Of a stretch of DNA of 64,000 bases, positions 37,905 to 50,420 are shown one piece after another. A model generated the notes under the pieces. The model did not search any database and was not told the origin of the DNA. It saw only the letters and a list, made by a program, of their open reading frames with translations. The stretch lies in contig NC_086109.1 in NCBI RefSeq assembly GCF_963921235.1, positions 17,052,001 through 17,116,000 of the forward strand, given 5' to 3'. The position numbers and the translations under genes are program-made. Position 1 is the first letter of the stretch, and each line of letters begins with the position of its first letter. The DNA is from Mobula hypostoma. Taxonomy: Eukaryota.

Positions 37905-38820
37905 CAGTCGGCCCTCCTTGTCCGCCAGGGATTGGTTCTGGGACCCCTCGCGGATACCAAAAAACGCAGATGCTCAAGTCCCTTATTCAACTCGTCTAAA
38001 TGCAGTGGACCTTAGGACCCAGCAGAATCCTGGACCTTATTTAACCTGTCTCAGTGCAGTGGACATTAAGACCCGGTGGCAGAGCTCTGAATCCGCAGTG
38101 TTTCTGTTCACGAAAATAATCACGATCACAATTTAAAATAAAGTGGAAATAATAAAGCGATCGGAAAGAGATGAAATGCCATTGGCCATTGGAAAAGTGT
38201 TAGGCTACAGTCGGTCAACGATTGGAACAATTTTAAAGGATAAAGTGAGAAAGGCTCTGCCCCAATGAAAGCTACAATTATTACTAGCAAAGCAGTGGTT
38301 TAATTATTGGGTTTTGGGGTTTTGGGTTTTTGATCCAGGTACATCAACCCGGCACGGCTGAAGAGCGCGCTCGGGAGCGGTCTGTCACTGGATTGAAGTC
38401 GGGAATTTCCATTCCTGAGCCTGGTGCTGAAACATACGTTTCTTAAGTGTTTTATATGCACAGAAAGGTAAAATATATACTAAGACAAACGTTTGACTAA
38501 CTGACACTAAATAGTACCAGATGTACCTGTTCTGACTTACTTAGTAAGAAAACTTCCGGATTTTTATCAATCCCGATCCACGATAACCTATGCACATCCT
38601 CCCGTATACTTTAACTCATCTCTAGATTACTTATAATACCTAATACAATGTAAATGCTATGTAAAATAGTTGTAATACTGCATTGTTTAGGGAATAATGA
38701 CAAGAAAAAAAAAGTGTACATATTCGAACAACAAGGGCTGGAAGAGCACTTCCGGGTTTTCTCGATTCGCGGTGGGTTGAATTCGCACATGCGGAACTCG
38801 CGGATAAAGAGGGCCGACTG
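37905..38820 (+). mobile_element. Tigger/pogo-like non-autonomous DNA transposon
   Basis: TA|cagtcggccctc...gagggccgactg|TA termini; CENP-B-type HTH remnant KVEIIKRSERDEMPLAIGKVLGYSRSTIGTILKDK. Confidence 0.85.
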
Positions 38821-39441
38821 TATTGTTCCATGTTCTAACATCCAGGGTAATTTTTTTTCCAGTGGTAGTGCAAAATCCTGACACTATAAAGTTTCACAGA
38901 ACATTAAGAGAGATGCTGAGCCAAAGCTGAATACAGAACACTTCAGAGTTTCTTTCTCACACAAGCCAGTAGAGAATGCACAACAGAATCAGGAACTATC
39001 AAAGGATGCAAGGAACAAAGGGAGGCAGAAAACTAAAGCATCTATTTAGAGTAACTGGAGGAATGCAAAACTTTTCAGAGCTAGTATAAGCAGAGAGAAG
39101 ATGGATGAAGTAATCTTACTACAGTTTGCACGATAGAGAAATAATTACTCAAATAATCACTCCACACTTGCCATACTATTGCCCAATTATTATTAATTTA
39201 TTGCCATTTAATGCCACATTTGTCCCCACATTATCAAGAAATAGTTGAAAAAGTCCAAACCGTTTATACACTGAAGAAAATTACTTTAATTCTCAGGCTT
39301 TCACAGCCTGGCATGGAATTTAGCAATATTTGAAAAGTGTATCTCAAATCTTATCTTCACAGTATCGAGGAAGTTCTACAGCTTAAGGCTGTGAGAGTTT
39401 TTACCTTTATGACAATCTGTCTCAATTGTTAGAATACTTAC

Positions 39442-39582
39442 TGATCTCGAGGGTGGAACTGAACTTTGAGAACAGGCGAAGGAAAGCGGAACCTTTGGTC
39501 ACAGTCTCCAGACAGGACGTCCCAAAGGGACACGATGTTATCAGTGGAAGCACTGACTAATTTATGCCCATCTCGGCTCCAA
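39442..39582 (-). CDS. RBBP5: RBBP5 coding exon 4 (WSRDGHKLVSASTDN...HPRD)
   Basis: 141 nt, ttgcag|T...CA|gtaagt. Confidence 0.97.
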
Positions 39583-40138
39583 CTGCAAGATATAAATTAT
39601 GAATTTATTAATTAGTAAGCAGATAAGAACTCGATATTTTGTTTGGCATAGGTACATTGTCTTTTATGTATAATCCCAATATTAATCATTGTACCTTTAA
39701 AAAATTCAGTCACAATATGGAACATTAAAACACAGGCAAAATAAAAATGTAATCATCTCTAGTAAAGGGAAAAGGTAGAAAAATCTCTGTCCAGTGCATA
39801 ACCAAAGCAATGAGCCTCCAAAGACTCAATGTAATGAATGCCAAAACTAAAACAATTCCTCAGGTGCTGTTAACAAAATTATTATACTTTTAAACATACA
39901 TAAGATTAGTTCAACAGATGCTTCTAACAGTAGCCAAACTGTAATAACTGAGCACAAAAGGATAATGCTCTATTAACGATAGGTTCTGTAAAATGCAGAT
40001 TATGCATCATCCTTGTTCCAATATTTAATTGCATTGATAACAGAAAATATTGCATGAAGGTGAAAGCAATTGGAGAGGTTATAGAAATGCACATTACGAA
40101 TGAACAAGCAAAAAGAAAAGCACAGTTCTGGTAGCTTA

Positions 40139-40320
40139 CAACAGGAATTCTGCAGATGCTGGAAATTCAAGCAACACACATCAAAGTTGCTGGTGAACGC
40201 AGCAGACCAGGCAGCATCTCTAGGAAGAGGTACAGTCGACGTTTCAGGCCACGACCCTTACTGTACCTCTTCCTAGAGATGCTGCCTGGCCTGCTGCGTT
40301 CACCAGCAACTTTGATGTGT
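40139..40320. mobile_element. Young Penelope-derived palindromic insertion
   Basis: ~64-bp arms with one mismatch; partial hammerhead in the loop; TSD gttctggtagctta at 40125-40138 and 40321-40334. Confidence 0.9.
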
Positions 40321-40917
40321 GTTCTGGTAGCTTATTGTTCACAGAATTATCTCGTCAGGAGGCAACGTGCGAATAGCTGGTTATAATCGAGATAAAGGTA
40401 AGTGAAAAGTGGGAACTAATGTTAGAATCAGGAGCAGTCCAAAGGCCCCACTGTGTCATGCAGCAAGATCATTGGTAATCCTATGTGTTAGCTGCTTGAT
40501 TGCACTACCTCTATACCCTCCAATTCCGAGAGACTCCCAAAAATAAATGTACTGATCTCAGCTGTGAATAGACTCACAAACTGAGCACCCACAGTGGACC
40601 AGAGGCAATGAATTCCAAATATTTAAAATGCTCTGCATGCAAACATTTCTCCTTATCACAGGCTTAAATGATCAATCCCTTCCTCTGAAGGAACATCACA
40701 GGACTCACAGTCCTCTCAAGCTCAAGGAACCAATGCCTCAGCACTTACCAAAATGTTATATATTTCAAAAAGTTTACTTCTCATCCTTCCAAACTCCAGA
40801 CCATGGAAGGCAATCCTTTTTCATAGGACAAGCCCTTGAATCCAGGAATCTGGGGCTTTGCAACATGCATATTACTTGTTAAATACATGAGAATCCACCA
40901 CATAAATAATAAATTAC

Positions 40918-41090
40918 CATAGTGAGCAAACTGGATGTATGTGCGCACTGATGATCTTGGCGATTCCCCTTGTCAGGAAGTCCCAAATGACGATGCGTCC
41001 ATCATTACAACCAACAGCCAGCAGCGTACCCCACCTGTTAAAGGTGCAGGTGAGGGCCATGCTGATGCAGTCCAGAGTTCCATCTGCCTC
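40918..41090 (-). CDS. RBBP5: RBBP5 coding exon 3 (EADGTLDCISMALTCTFNRWG...HPVCSL)
   Basis: 173 nt, AG/GT boundaries, WD40 sequence essentially identical to vertebrate RBBP5. Confidence 0.97.
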
Positions 41091-43426
41091 CTACATGTTA
41101 AAAGTATATACTTAATCACATCAGAGAGAAATATAACTTACATCAAAATAATCTTATATTTACATAGCAGCTACAATTTAATTTTTAAAATGCTGCAAGA
41201 GATTTCAAAGGAGAAGGTAACTTCAACCAAGTTACTTGCACATTGTGGGTGAGAAAACCTGATCAAATAAGTATTTTTTAGGCTGGAGATCTAGGGAGGA
41301 AATTGAAGAGCTTCTTGCATTGACAAAAGGTCAGGTGAAATGAGAGTTGGGACAGAGGGGGGTGATGCTACCTGTCTTCCATCTCAGTACGCCAATCACC
41401 TCAGAATCCTTTCTCACCACTCTCCTTCTCCTTATTATACTGGCCACTTTGCCTCTTCGCTCAGTTCTGATGCAGGATATCAACCTGAAATCTTGACCCT
41501 TCTTTCCTTATCACAACTGTTCCTTGCCCTGCTGACCTCTTCTAGCAGATTGTTTGTTACAAGTCATTGAGCACAAAAGTGATAAGTGAACAGCACCTAA
41601 CAATAGTCCAGGTGTGCAGAGAATTCTGAATGAGTTTATTCTTAAGGAGGATGCAATGGGAAAAATTCAGGAGGTTATTGAAACATTCAAGCTCAATCTT
41701 TCAGCAGTAAATGAACTGAGGCAGGAAGGTGACTAAAAACCTTGGAGCGAGGTAAAAGTGGGTGGTTTTGATGATGTAGAGAAATATGCTGTTGGAAGAT
41801 CAAGCATGATGCCCAAGTTCCAAACATTCAAGTAGAGCCTCAGATGCCAGCCAGGGAAGACAGAATCAGTAGCCTGCTGAAAAAGTTTGTGAGAATCATC
41901 CTATGCTATCCTGAGGATGAGAAACAATGCACAATATTTGTTTTTGGGCAGCTCTACTGTACTAGAAAATCAGCCCAGATTCATAAATTCAGAGACAAAA
42001 TATGGTTTAAATCCTAACTTTTAGTTCTGTGCTTCTTTTGGGCCAAGTCATGGGTGGTTCTACACTTACTACCAACTTCAAGTACAAACCAATGCAATTA
42101 TTTTTAAATACCTACTGAAAGGAAGGGTTTCATTCTATGACAGGAATCAAAACAATCACAGAGGTGAAACAACAAAATGAAAAGATAACAAGAGTAGGCC
42201 ATTCAGCCCTCCAGGAGTACTCAAGCATTCAATAAAATCAGGAACTATTAACTCAGTGCAACTTTCAATTTGTTACCTGTTCTTCTAGTTTTCTGATTTT
42301 TAAGTTATATTTAAGGACACTAAACAATATTTCAGATTTCCTTATGAAACAGGAGGCAGCCACTTGGGTCATCAAGACGATATACTGTCTCAGAGCAACG
42401 TAATTCCTAGTCAATCCCCATTCCCCCACTTATTTCCTTACAACCTATTCTGTTAAGCATGTGCATTGACCATCAACCACCCCACACAGACAAATTCTTC
42501 TACTACCCACCTACCTCAGGAACAGTTTACATCAGTAGCTCCTTCATTTAACAACCAGAAAGTCTTTGGTATGTAGCAGGAAAGCAGATCAACCAGAGAG
42601 ATCCACACAGTCGCAGAAAAAAATGGAAACTCCACACAGCACAGGAAATAAGAATTGAACTCAGGTCTCAGGAGCTGGGAGACATCTGCACTAACTGTAG
42701 CACCACAACGCCGTCTTATTCCCATCACTCTTTTCTGTTTACTTGCATCAGTAACAATAATACTAGCTTTTGGACTAAGATCCCATTGACCTTAATCCCG
42801 TCGTATATTATCAGGGCTATTCCTTCCTGCTATCCATTTTATCTAAGTCTTCTAAAAGTTAATTATCCTGGTATATTTATTTCCCCAACCTTGATCAATT
42901 TACAACCATGTCTCCACAAATAAATCATATTTGGTTGTGCCGAATTACTTCTATATGTATCACTAACTTATTTGTCTTGCAACATTGGAGACAAAGGGCA
43001 TGGTATTTTGTTGCCATTTCTCCAAATGGAGGTTATAGTCTCACATTCGTGTGCTTTGGCCCTTCTTGACACACTCTGACACCTATTCCATCGCTCCGCA
43101 TTATCATCTTGTCTTTTCTTTTTTACCTGTGTTGTTTTCTTTATTTCCCCTCACTAGAACCTTTAAATACGATTTTTAGTTTAAAGCTTTATCTTTAGAA
43201 CCATTTACTTGATTGATGAGTACCCTGACTCCAGCCCATCTCAAGGGGCCAGCTCCCTTTCCCCAGTAGTGGGACTGCTGAATGGTGACTATGAATAGAA
43301 ACCCATTTCTTCCACACCAATATAGTAAACAATCTACTCAAATAAAATCACAAATTACAGGAAGAGTTTATATTTCTAAAACAAAAGACAGCCAAGAACA
43401 AAAGACAGCGTATTAAAAAGGCTTAC

Positions 43427-43452
43427 CTCTGGATAGTTCTGTCCAAAGGACT
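43427..43452 (-). CDS. RBBP5: RBBP5 coding exon 2 (ESFGQNYPE)
   Basis: 26-nt exon, ttaaacag|AG...GAG|gtaagc, phase-compatible with its neighbours. Confidence 0.95.
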
Positions 43453-43626
43453 CTGTTTAAAAAGAGAAAGTGAAAACAGATTATTTAAAACACCAAGACA
43501 CATCTCTGACAATTATTCAAGCAGGTTTTACCTTTATTCTGTGTACATGATAGATCTTAGATTTTGTCATGATTTCAAGCTTTAAAGATACTTTTCTGTC
43601 CCAACATCTTAATCTTTAGGTTTCTT

Positions 43627-44310
43627 ATGGTGAGGAAGGCAAATGCAATGTGAGCATTGATTTCAAGAGGTCCAGAATACAAGAGCAGGGATGTGATGCT
43701 GAGGCTTTATGAAGCACTGGTGAGGCCTCACAATGAGTACTGTGAATGGTTTGGGCTCCTCATCTTAGAAGAGATGTGCTGGCATTGGAGAGGGTCCAGA
43801 GGAGGTTCACATGGATGATTCCAGGAATGAAAGGGTTATCATATGAGGAACCTTTGATGCCTCTGGATCTGTACTCGCTGGAATTTAGAAAGTTAAGGGG
43901 GAGGGGGGGAACTCATTGAAATCTTTCGAATGTTGAAGGACCAAGACAGAGCAGATGTGGAAAGGATGTTTTCCAGTTTTCCATAGTGGGAGAGTGTAGG
44001 ACAAGAGGGCACAGCTTCAGGAGAGAGGGGCATCCATTCAAAACAGAGATGCAGAGAAATCTCTTTAGCCAGAGCGTGGTGAATTTGTGGAATGTGTTGC
44101 CACGTTCAGCTGTGGAGGCCAGGTCATTGGGTGTATTCAAGGCAGAGACTGATAGGTTCTTGACTGGACATGGCAACAAAGGTTACTGGGAGAAGACCGG
44201 GAAATGGAGTTAAGGAGGAGACAAGAAAAGGATCAGCCATGATTGAATGGCGGAGCAGACTCGAGTGGGCCAAATGGCCTAATTCTGCTCCTATGTCTTA
44301 TTGACTTATA
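43627..44310 (+). mobile_element. CR1 LINE 3' fragment
   Basis: RTRGHSFR...FSQSVVNLWN; CR1 3'UTR. Confidence 0.85.
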
Positions 44311-45034
44311 AAATAAAATGGGGGCATTCGGCACACAATGGCAGCACTGCCTCTTTGAAAGACAAGCACTCATAACTTTTCTGTCCTTCTGACATGGCCC
44401 CATACATGTTGTCCAATTCCTTTCTGAACTTTCCAAAATCGAATACGGGATATTTCCAGGCAGTGCAGGTTGCTAGTCACGGAGGTTGCAAGAATACCTT
44501 CTCCATGGAGGAAGGAAAAAACATTTTCCTGGATTTCCTGTGACTGTGAAGTCATGATGTGGAAAATCTGAGCTCAAAGTTTCATCCTCTAATCCCATGT
44601 ACACCATTCCTCATCCTATTTTATTTGATCCATAGAGGAGTTGGAATTTTAGAGACTGATGGCCTCTAGTTGTATGATTTTATTTGTTAAGAATTCTTCA
44701 ATAATTTAACAATTAAATAAAACAAAATGTTTATGAATAACCAAATCAGCAGACATACTGGAACTCTTCATCAGTGGAGGAACTCAAACGCCAAATTTTC
44801 CTTCACTTGCTACGATAAGGAATATATAAATGCATGTGACCACCTCTTATAGATAACTTTTGAGTTGAATTTTACTGGCTGAATTTTCTATGTTGCAGCT
44901 AAGTAGCACTTAAAAACAAAATACTGTAAACTCAACTCAAACCAGAATCAAGTAAGCCCATAACATTCAACACTTATGAAGCTACTATCCACAGCTAGTT
45001 CTCCATCCACAGTCAGCAAGTAGATTTGTTTAGT

Positions 45035-45700
45035 TCAAACTTTAAAGTAAAATCATCAGAGTCCATACATGTCACCACATACAACCCTGAGATTCATTTT
45101 CCTGCGGGCATACTCAGCAAATCTATAGAATAGTAACTGTAAACAGGATCAATGAAAAATCAAGTAGAGCATAGAAGACAATAAACTGTGCAAATGGAAA
45201 TATAAATCAGGAGCAATAAATAACGATAACATAAGATAAAGAGTCTTTAAAGTGAGATCATTGGTCAGGGGAATATCTCAATAGATGAGTGTAATTATCC
45301 TCTTTTGTTCAAGAGCCTGATGGTTGAGTGGTAGTAACTATTCTTGAACCTGGTAGTCTGAGTTCTAAGGCACTTGTACTTTCAATCTGATGGCAGCAGC
45401 ATGAAAAGAGCATGGCCTGAGTGGTGAGGATCTTTGATAATGGATGCTACTTTTCTAAGGCAAGATTTCATGTAGATGGGCTCAATGGTTGGGAAGGCTT
45501 TGCCTGTGATGTACTGGGTCGAATCCTCTACCTTTTGTAGGAATTTCCGTTCAGTGGCATTGGTGTTCCCATACCAGGCCATAATGCAACCAGTCAATAC
45601 ACTTTCCACTGCACATCTATAGAAGTTTTGGTATCATGGCGAATCTCTGCAGCTTCCAAGGAGTCATGCTTTCTTTGCATTTATATGATGGGTCCAGGGC
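45035..45700 (-). mobile_element. Rex1/Babar LINE 3' fragment
   Basis: ORF 45382..45609: ESVLTGCIMAWYGN...IIKDPHH. Confidence 0.8.
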
Positions 45701-46132
45701 AGCTTTAGTCACAGTGGCAGAATTCCCATTTATTCAAAGATTGGTCTGAAATTTTGAACATGGAACTGAAAAGTTGGCAAAGAACTCCCCAGCACACAAG
45801 ACTGCTTTTTGAACCTTTTCACTTTTCTTTTTGGAAATGTGTATCCTGGCAGACTTTTCCTAGCATAGGATGCAATGGCTGGCTCAGTGTCACACTCAGC
45901 AGTGCTATGATACCGTCGATCAGCACAAGAATCATAACAGTACTGAAGGTCAAATGTCACGTCTAGTCAGTACCCATTCTTCACAGAACAAAGATTTCAG
46001 TTCCATTGCCCTGCTCTTTCTCAACTATCCAGCAGTTTTTTTTTTAAACTTTCAAAGTTCTATCTAATTCTCTTTTCAGAGTCACAGCCAAGAATGAACC
46101 CATCTCACATTCAGGCAGATCACCAAAGACGC

Positions 46133-46239
46133 AAACACGAGGAAATCTGCAGATGCTGGAAATTCAAGCAACACACAAAGGCTGGTGGAACGCAGCAGGC
46201 CAGACAGCATCCATAGGAAGAAGCACAGTCAATGTTCCT
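46133..46239 (-). mobile_element. Penelope-derived unit with 14-bp TSD
   Basis: TSD atcaccaaagacgc at 46119-46132 and 46240-46253. Confidence 0.8.
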
Positions 46240-46479
46240 ATCACCAAAGACGCCTAGTTTCTGCATAAGGATTCTTCATGTCATCTGTGGATTTTTACCT
46301 ATCATTTTACACCTACACCATTCTTCCATCTTGTTCTAATAGGAAATGTTTCTCCATTTAACCTAAATCACCAAGATTTGATACACTTCTATCAAATTTT
46401 ACATCAATTATGCACAGTGTGTTGAATTAAACTAATCCCACACACTTGCACACCGCATGCAGCCTGTATCCCTCTATTC

Positions 46480-46550
46480 TAGGGGTTCACAACCTATATT
46501 ATACCACGGACTAAGCAAGGAGTCCATGGACCCCAGGTTGGGAACTGCTG
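46480..46550. mobile_element. 71-bp hAT-type MITE
   Basis: Termini taggggttcacaacc / ggttgggaactgctg; 8-bp TSD ctctattc at 46472-46479 and 46551-46558. Confidence 0.75.
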
Positions 46551-47017
46551 CTCTATTCCCTGCCTGTTCATGTGTCTAAATACTCTTAAATATTGCTATC
46601 ATACCTAACATTGTGTTCAAGCACCTACCACTCTCTGCACAAAAAAGACTTGCCTTAAATATTCTTTAAACTTTCCCCAGCCACCTGAATCCTATACTCT
46701 CTACTAGTTGACAGTTCCACCCTGGGAAAAATGACTCTGGCAATCTACCATAATTCTGTCTCTCATAATTCTAAATAAATGTTTCACAATTGAGCAACCA
46801 CCTGCCATTTCTAGACCGTCCTGACTTTATTTGGATGCCCGGCAAGCATGGGATCAGGTTCTCAGCTGCAACTTTCAAACTGCCAACCAATCCCATATAT
46901 CTAGTCCACAGATGTGGCTGAAACCCTTCATCCAAAAGTGACTACCACCCCCCACCCCCAATCCTGAATCAATCTTCCCCTCATCAAACGAGCTAGGAGT
47001 TGAAGCACAGAGACATA

Positions 47018-48949
47018 GAGTGCCTATGAAAATTATTCACCTGCCCTGGAAGTTTTCATGTTTTATTGTTTTAAAACTTTGAATCACAGTGGATTTAATT
47101 TGGCTCTTTCGACACCGATCAAAAGAAATAGACTCTTCCATGTCAAAGTGAAAACAGATCTCTACAAAGTGATCTAAATTAACTACAAATATTAAACACA
47201 AAATAATTGATGGCGTAAGTATTCATCTTCCTTTAATATGACACACCAAATCATCACCTGTGCAGCCAAATGGTTTTAGAAGTTACATAACTAGTTAAAT
47301 GGAGATCTGCTTTTGAAGATCTGTGTGCAGTCAAGGTATATCAATAGATTGTAGCAAGAAAAAAAACACCTGTATCTGGAAGGTCCAACTGCTGGTGAGT
47401 CAGTATCCAAGCAAACACTACATCACGAAAACAAAAATGGGTGAGTCCAGGACAAGAGGCCACAGTTTTAGAATTAGAGGGTACCAATTTAAAACAGAGA
47501 AGAGGAGAAATTTTTTTAGCCAGAGGGTCATGGATTTATGGAATTCGTCGCCACATACAGCTGTGGAGGCCCGATCATTGAGGGTGTTTAAGGAAGAGAT
47601 TGATAGGCATCTAATTAGTCAGGATATCAAGGGATATGGGGAAAAAGCCGGAAATTGGAACTAGATGGGAGAATAGTTTAGCTCATGGTGGAGTGGCGGA
47701 GCAGACTCGAAGGGGCAAATGGCCTACTTCTGCTCCTTTGTCTTGTGATCTTGTGAAAAGAACACTCTAAGCAACTCCGCGAAAAGGTTATTGAAAAGCA
47801 CAAGTCAGAAGATGGATACAAGAAAACTTCCAAGTCACTGAATATCCCTTGGAGTACAGTTGAGTCAATCATCAGGAAATGGAAGAATATGGCACTGCTG
47901 TAAATCCACCTAGAGCAAGCTGTTCTCAAAAACTGAGTGACCACATAAGAAGGGAACTCGTGAGAGAGGCCACTGAGACCTATGATAACTCTGGAGGAGT
48001 TACAAGCTTCAGAGACTATGCATACAACAACTATTGCCGGATGCTTCACCAGTCACAGCTTTATGGGACAGTGGCAAGGAGAAAGACACTGTTGGAAAAA
48101 AAATTCACATTAAGTCTTGGCTAGAGTTTGCCAGAAGGCAGCTGGAAGAAGGCTCTATGATTTGATGAAATCAAAATTAAGCTTTTCGGCCATCAGAATA
48201 AACGCTATGTTTGGTGTAAGCCAAACACCTCACATCATCAAAAACACACCATCCCTACTGTGAAGCCTGGTGGTGGCTGCATCATGCTATGGGGATGCTT
48301 CACTGCAGCAGGCTCTGGAAGGCTTGTGAAGGTAGAGGGTAAAATGAATGTAGCAAAATACAGGGAAATCCTGGAGGAAAACCTGATGCAGTCTGCAACA
48401 GAATTGCAACTTGGGAGAAGACTTGTTTTCCAGCAAGACAATGACCCCAAGCATAAAGCCAACGCGACACAGGAATGGCTTAAAAACAACAAAGTTAATG
48501 TCCTGGAGTGGACAAAACAGAGTCCAGACCTCAATCCAATTGAAAATTTGTGGCTGGACTTGAAAAGGACTGTTCACTCACGATCCCCATGCAATCTGAC
48601 AAAGCTTGAGCAGTTTTGTGAAGAAGAATAGGGAAAAACTGCAGCATCCAGATGTGCAAAGCTGATAGGGACCTACCCACATGGACTCAAGGCTGCAATT
48701 GCTTCCAAAGGTGCATCTACTAAATACTGACTTGAAGGGGATGAATACTTGTGCCATCAATTATTTTGCATTTTATATTTGTAATTAATTTAGATCATTT
48801 TGAAGAGATCTGTTTTTATTTTGACACAAGAGAGTCTTTTTCTGTCAATCAGTGTCAAAAAAACCACATTATATCCACTACGATTCAATGTTGCGAAACA
48901 AAAAAATATGAAAACTTCCAAGAGGGGTGAATACCTTTTATAGGCACTG
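47018..48949 (+). mobile_element. Decayed full-length Tc1 transposon with ~210-bp TIRs
   Basis: TA-flanked (c/g)agtgcctat...ataggcactg; GGGCIMLWGCF, FQQDNDPKH, QSPDLNPIENLW (DD34E); stops and frameshifts. Confidence 0.92.
47438..47755 (+). mobile_element. CR1 3' fragment inserted at the start of the Tc1 transposase
   Basis: GESRTRGHSFRIRG...GYGEKAGNWN plus CR1 tail, interrupting the (M)KTK|EHSKQLREKVI sequence. Confidence 0.88.
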
Positions 48950-50019
48950 TAAGAATCTGAAGCAACAAATAATCCACTGGAAGAATGCAGTGAATCAAGC
49001 TGCATCAGTGGGCGAAAAGGAACTAGCGATGCTTTGGATCAAAATCCTGCACCAGGACTCTTGCAGGGTTTCAAACTAAAATGTCAACAATTGCTTTCTT
49101 CCCACAGATGCTGCTTGACTCACTGAATTCCTCAGCAGAGAGTTGGTTGCACCACCACCAACTTGGCAGCTCATTCCCACTTCCCCTCCTTGGCTACTTC
49201 TCCCCTACTCCACCCCCTCTGACATGGCTGTTACACCCCATCCCCACAACCCCATACACATCCTTCCCAGTCTCCCCCCTCAGCTTGGCAGCACCTCCCA
49301 TCACACTTTTGTGCACACACAAATCCCCCCAGCGTTATTAGTTTTCTCCCCTCCCCACTTCTCTGGTAGGCTCAGCCCCCTTCCCCACCCCCACCTGGCA
49401 GCATTCCATACTCCCCTGCTTGGTAGCTGGCCCCCTCACTCCCTCCACACCTTGAGAGTTCCCTTCCCCTTGCCTTTCCCCTTCTAGCCTAGCTTGGCAG
49501 ATCCCCTACAGCACCTTGCCCCCTCCTTACCTGCCTCTGTTTGACAGCTTCTCCGCTCCCGTCACATTCCTCCTCAACTGCTTGGCTGCTTCTCGCCTTG
49601 CTGTACCCTTTCCCTACCCATCCACCCAAGGAACCCAGCTTCATTGTTCCTTTCCCCTCCCCAACTCGCATTTAATCCAGCTTGCTGCATAATAGACTGA
49701 CTGCTTACCCAACACAACTCAAACCTACAAATTTATTTTGGCTGTCACTAAGTCATCCCATCTGGATGCTCGCCACCACAAATTCAGCCAGTCAGACAGC
49801 ATCAAAAGAAAGAAAGAAAACCCAGAATTCAGGTCAATAAGCCCATCCCCTTCACTCAACCCCCATCGATTTCCAATTCCTCTCCCCCTTCCTCCTCCCA
49901 AATACCCCAATTCCTTCTGATCCCTCTCCTCTCCTTCATACTCTCCCGCCCCGATATTCGTCCACTCCCACTCCAGCCCCCATCCCCTCCACTAAATCCC
50001 AGTCCCTCACTTCCACTCA

Positions 50020-50420
50020 TACCCAAATTCATTTCCTCATCCCACTCCTTCGTACCCCCTCGCTCACCTAGAAGCTCCAAATTCATCCTGACCGCCTCCC
50101 GCTCTCCGACCGCCGCCGCTTCAGCACTGGGTCACGCTCCGATAATACGCCGCCGCACCGGATTCTGCCGGCACACCGAGGGCGACCACTGCCTTCAGTC
50201 CATTCTCCGTGAAGCCGCCGCTTTCGGCTCTTTTCTTCCTCAACCCTCCGTGGCTCGACGCAAAGAGCGGCGCCAGAACTCGCTAGGCCTCGGCGGCAAG
50301 TCCAACCCTGACAAGCGGTCCCCTGCGCGGAGAACACCATCTACCGCATAAGGTTCCGGTTTCTGTTCCTAAACGAAGCCGTCAACCATAGGATACTCAG
50401 CCTCCGAATCTTTTTTTTAA
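50020..50420 (-). promoter_or_regulatory. CpG island: RBBP5 promoter and 5'UTR
   Basis: CpG-dense, GC-rich non-repeat stretch around the RBBP5 ATG; ETS-like CCGGAA near 50354-50359. Confidence 0.8.
50068..50086 (-). CDS. RBBP5: RBBP5 coding exon 1 (MNLELL-)
   Basis: ATG at 50086; ATGAATTTGGAGCTTCTAG|GTGAGC donor; matches the RBBP5 N-terminus; lies in a CpG island. Confidence 0.95.

Noticed and set aside
49140..50060. Pro-rich and Gly-rich ORFs in RBBP5 intron 1
   Set aside because: Strand-asymmetric low-complexity C/T-rich intron sequence; no homology recognised
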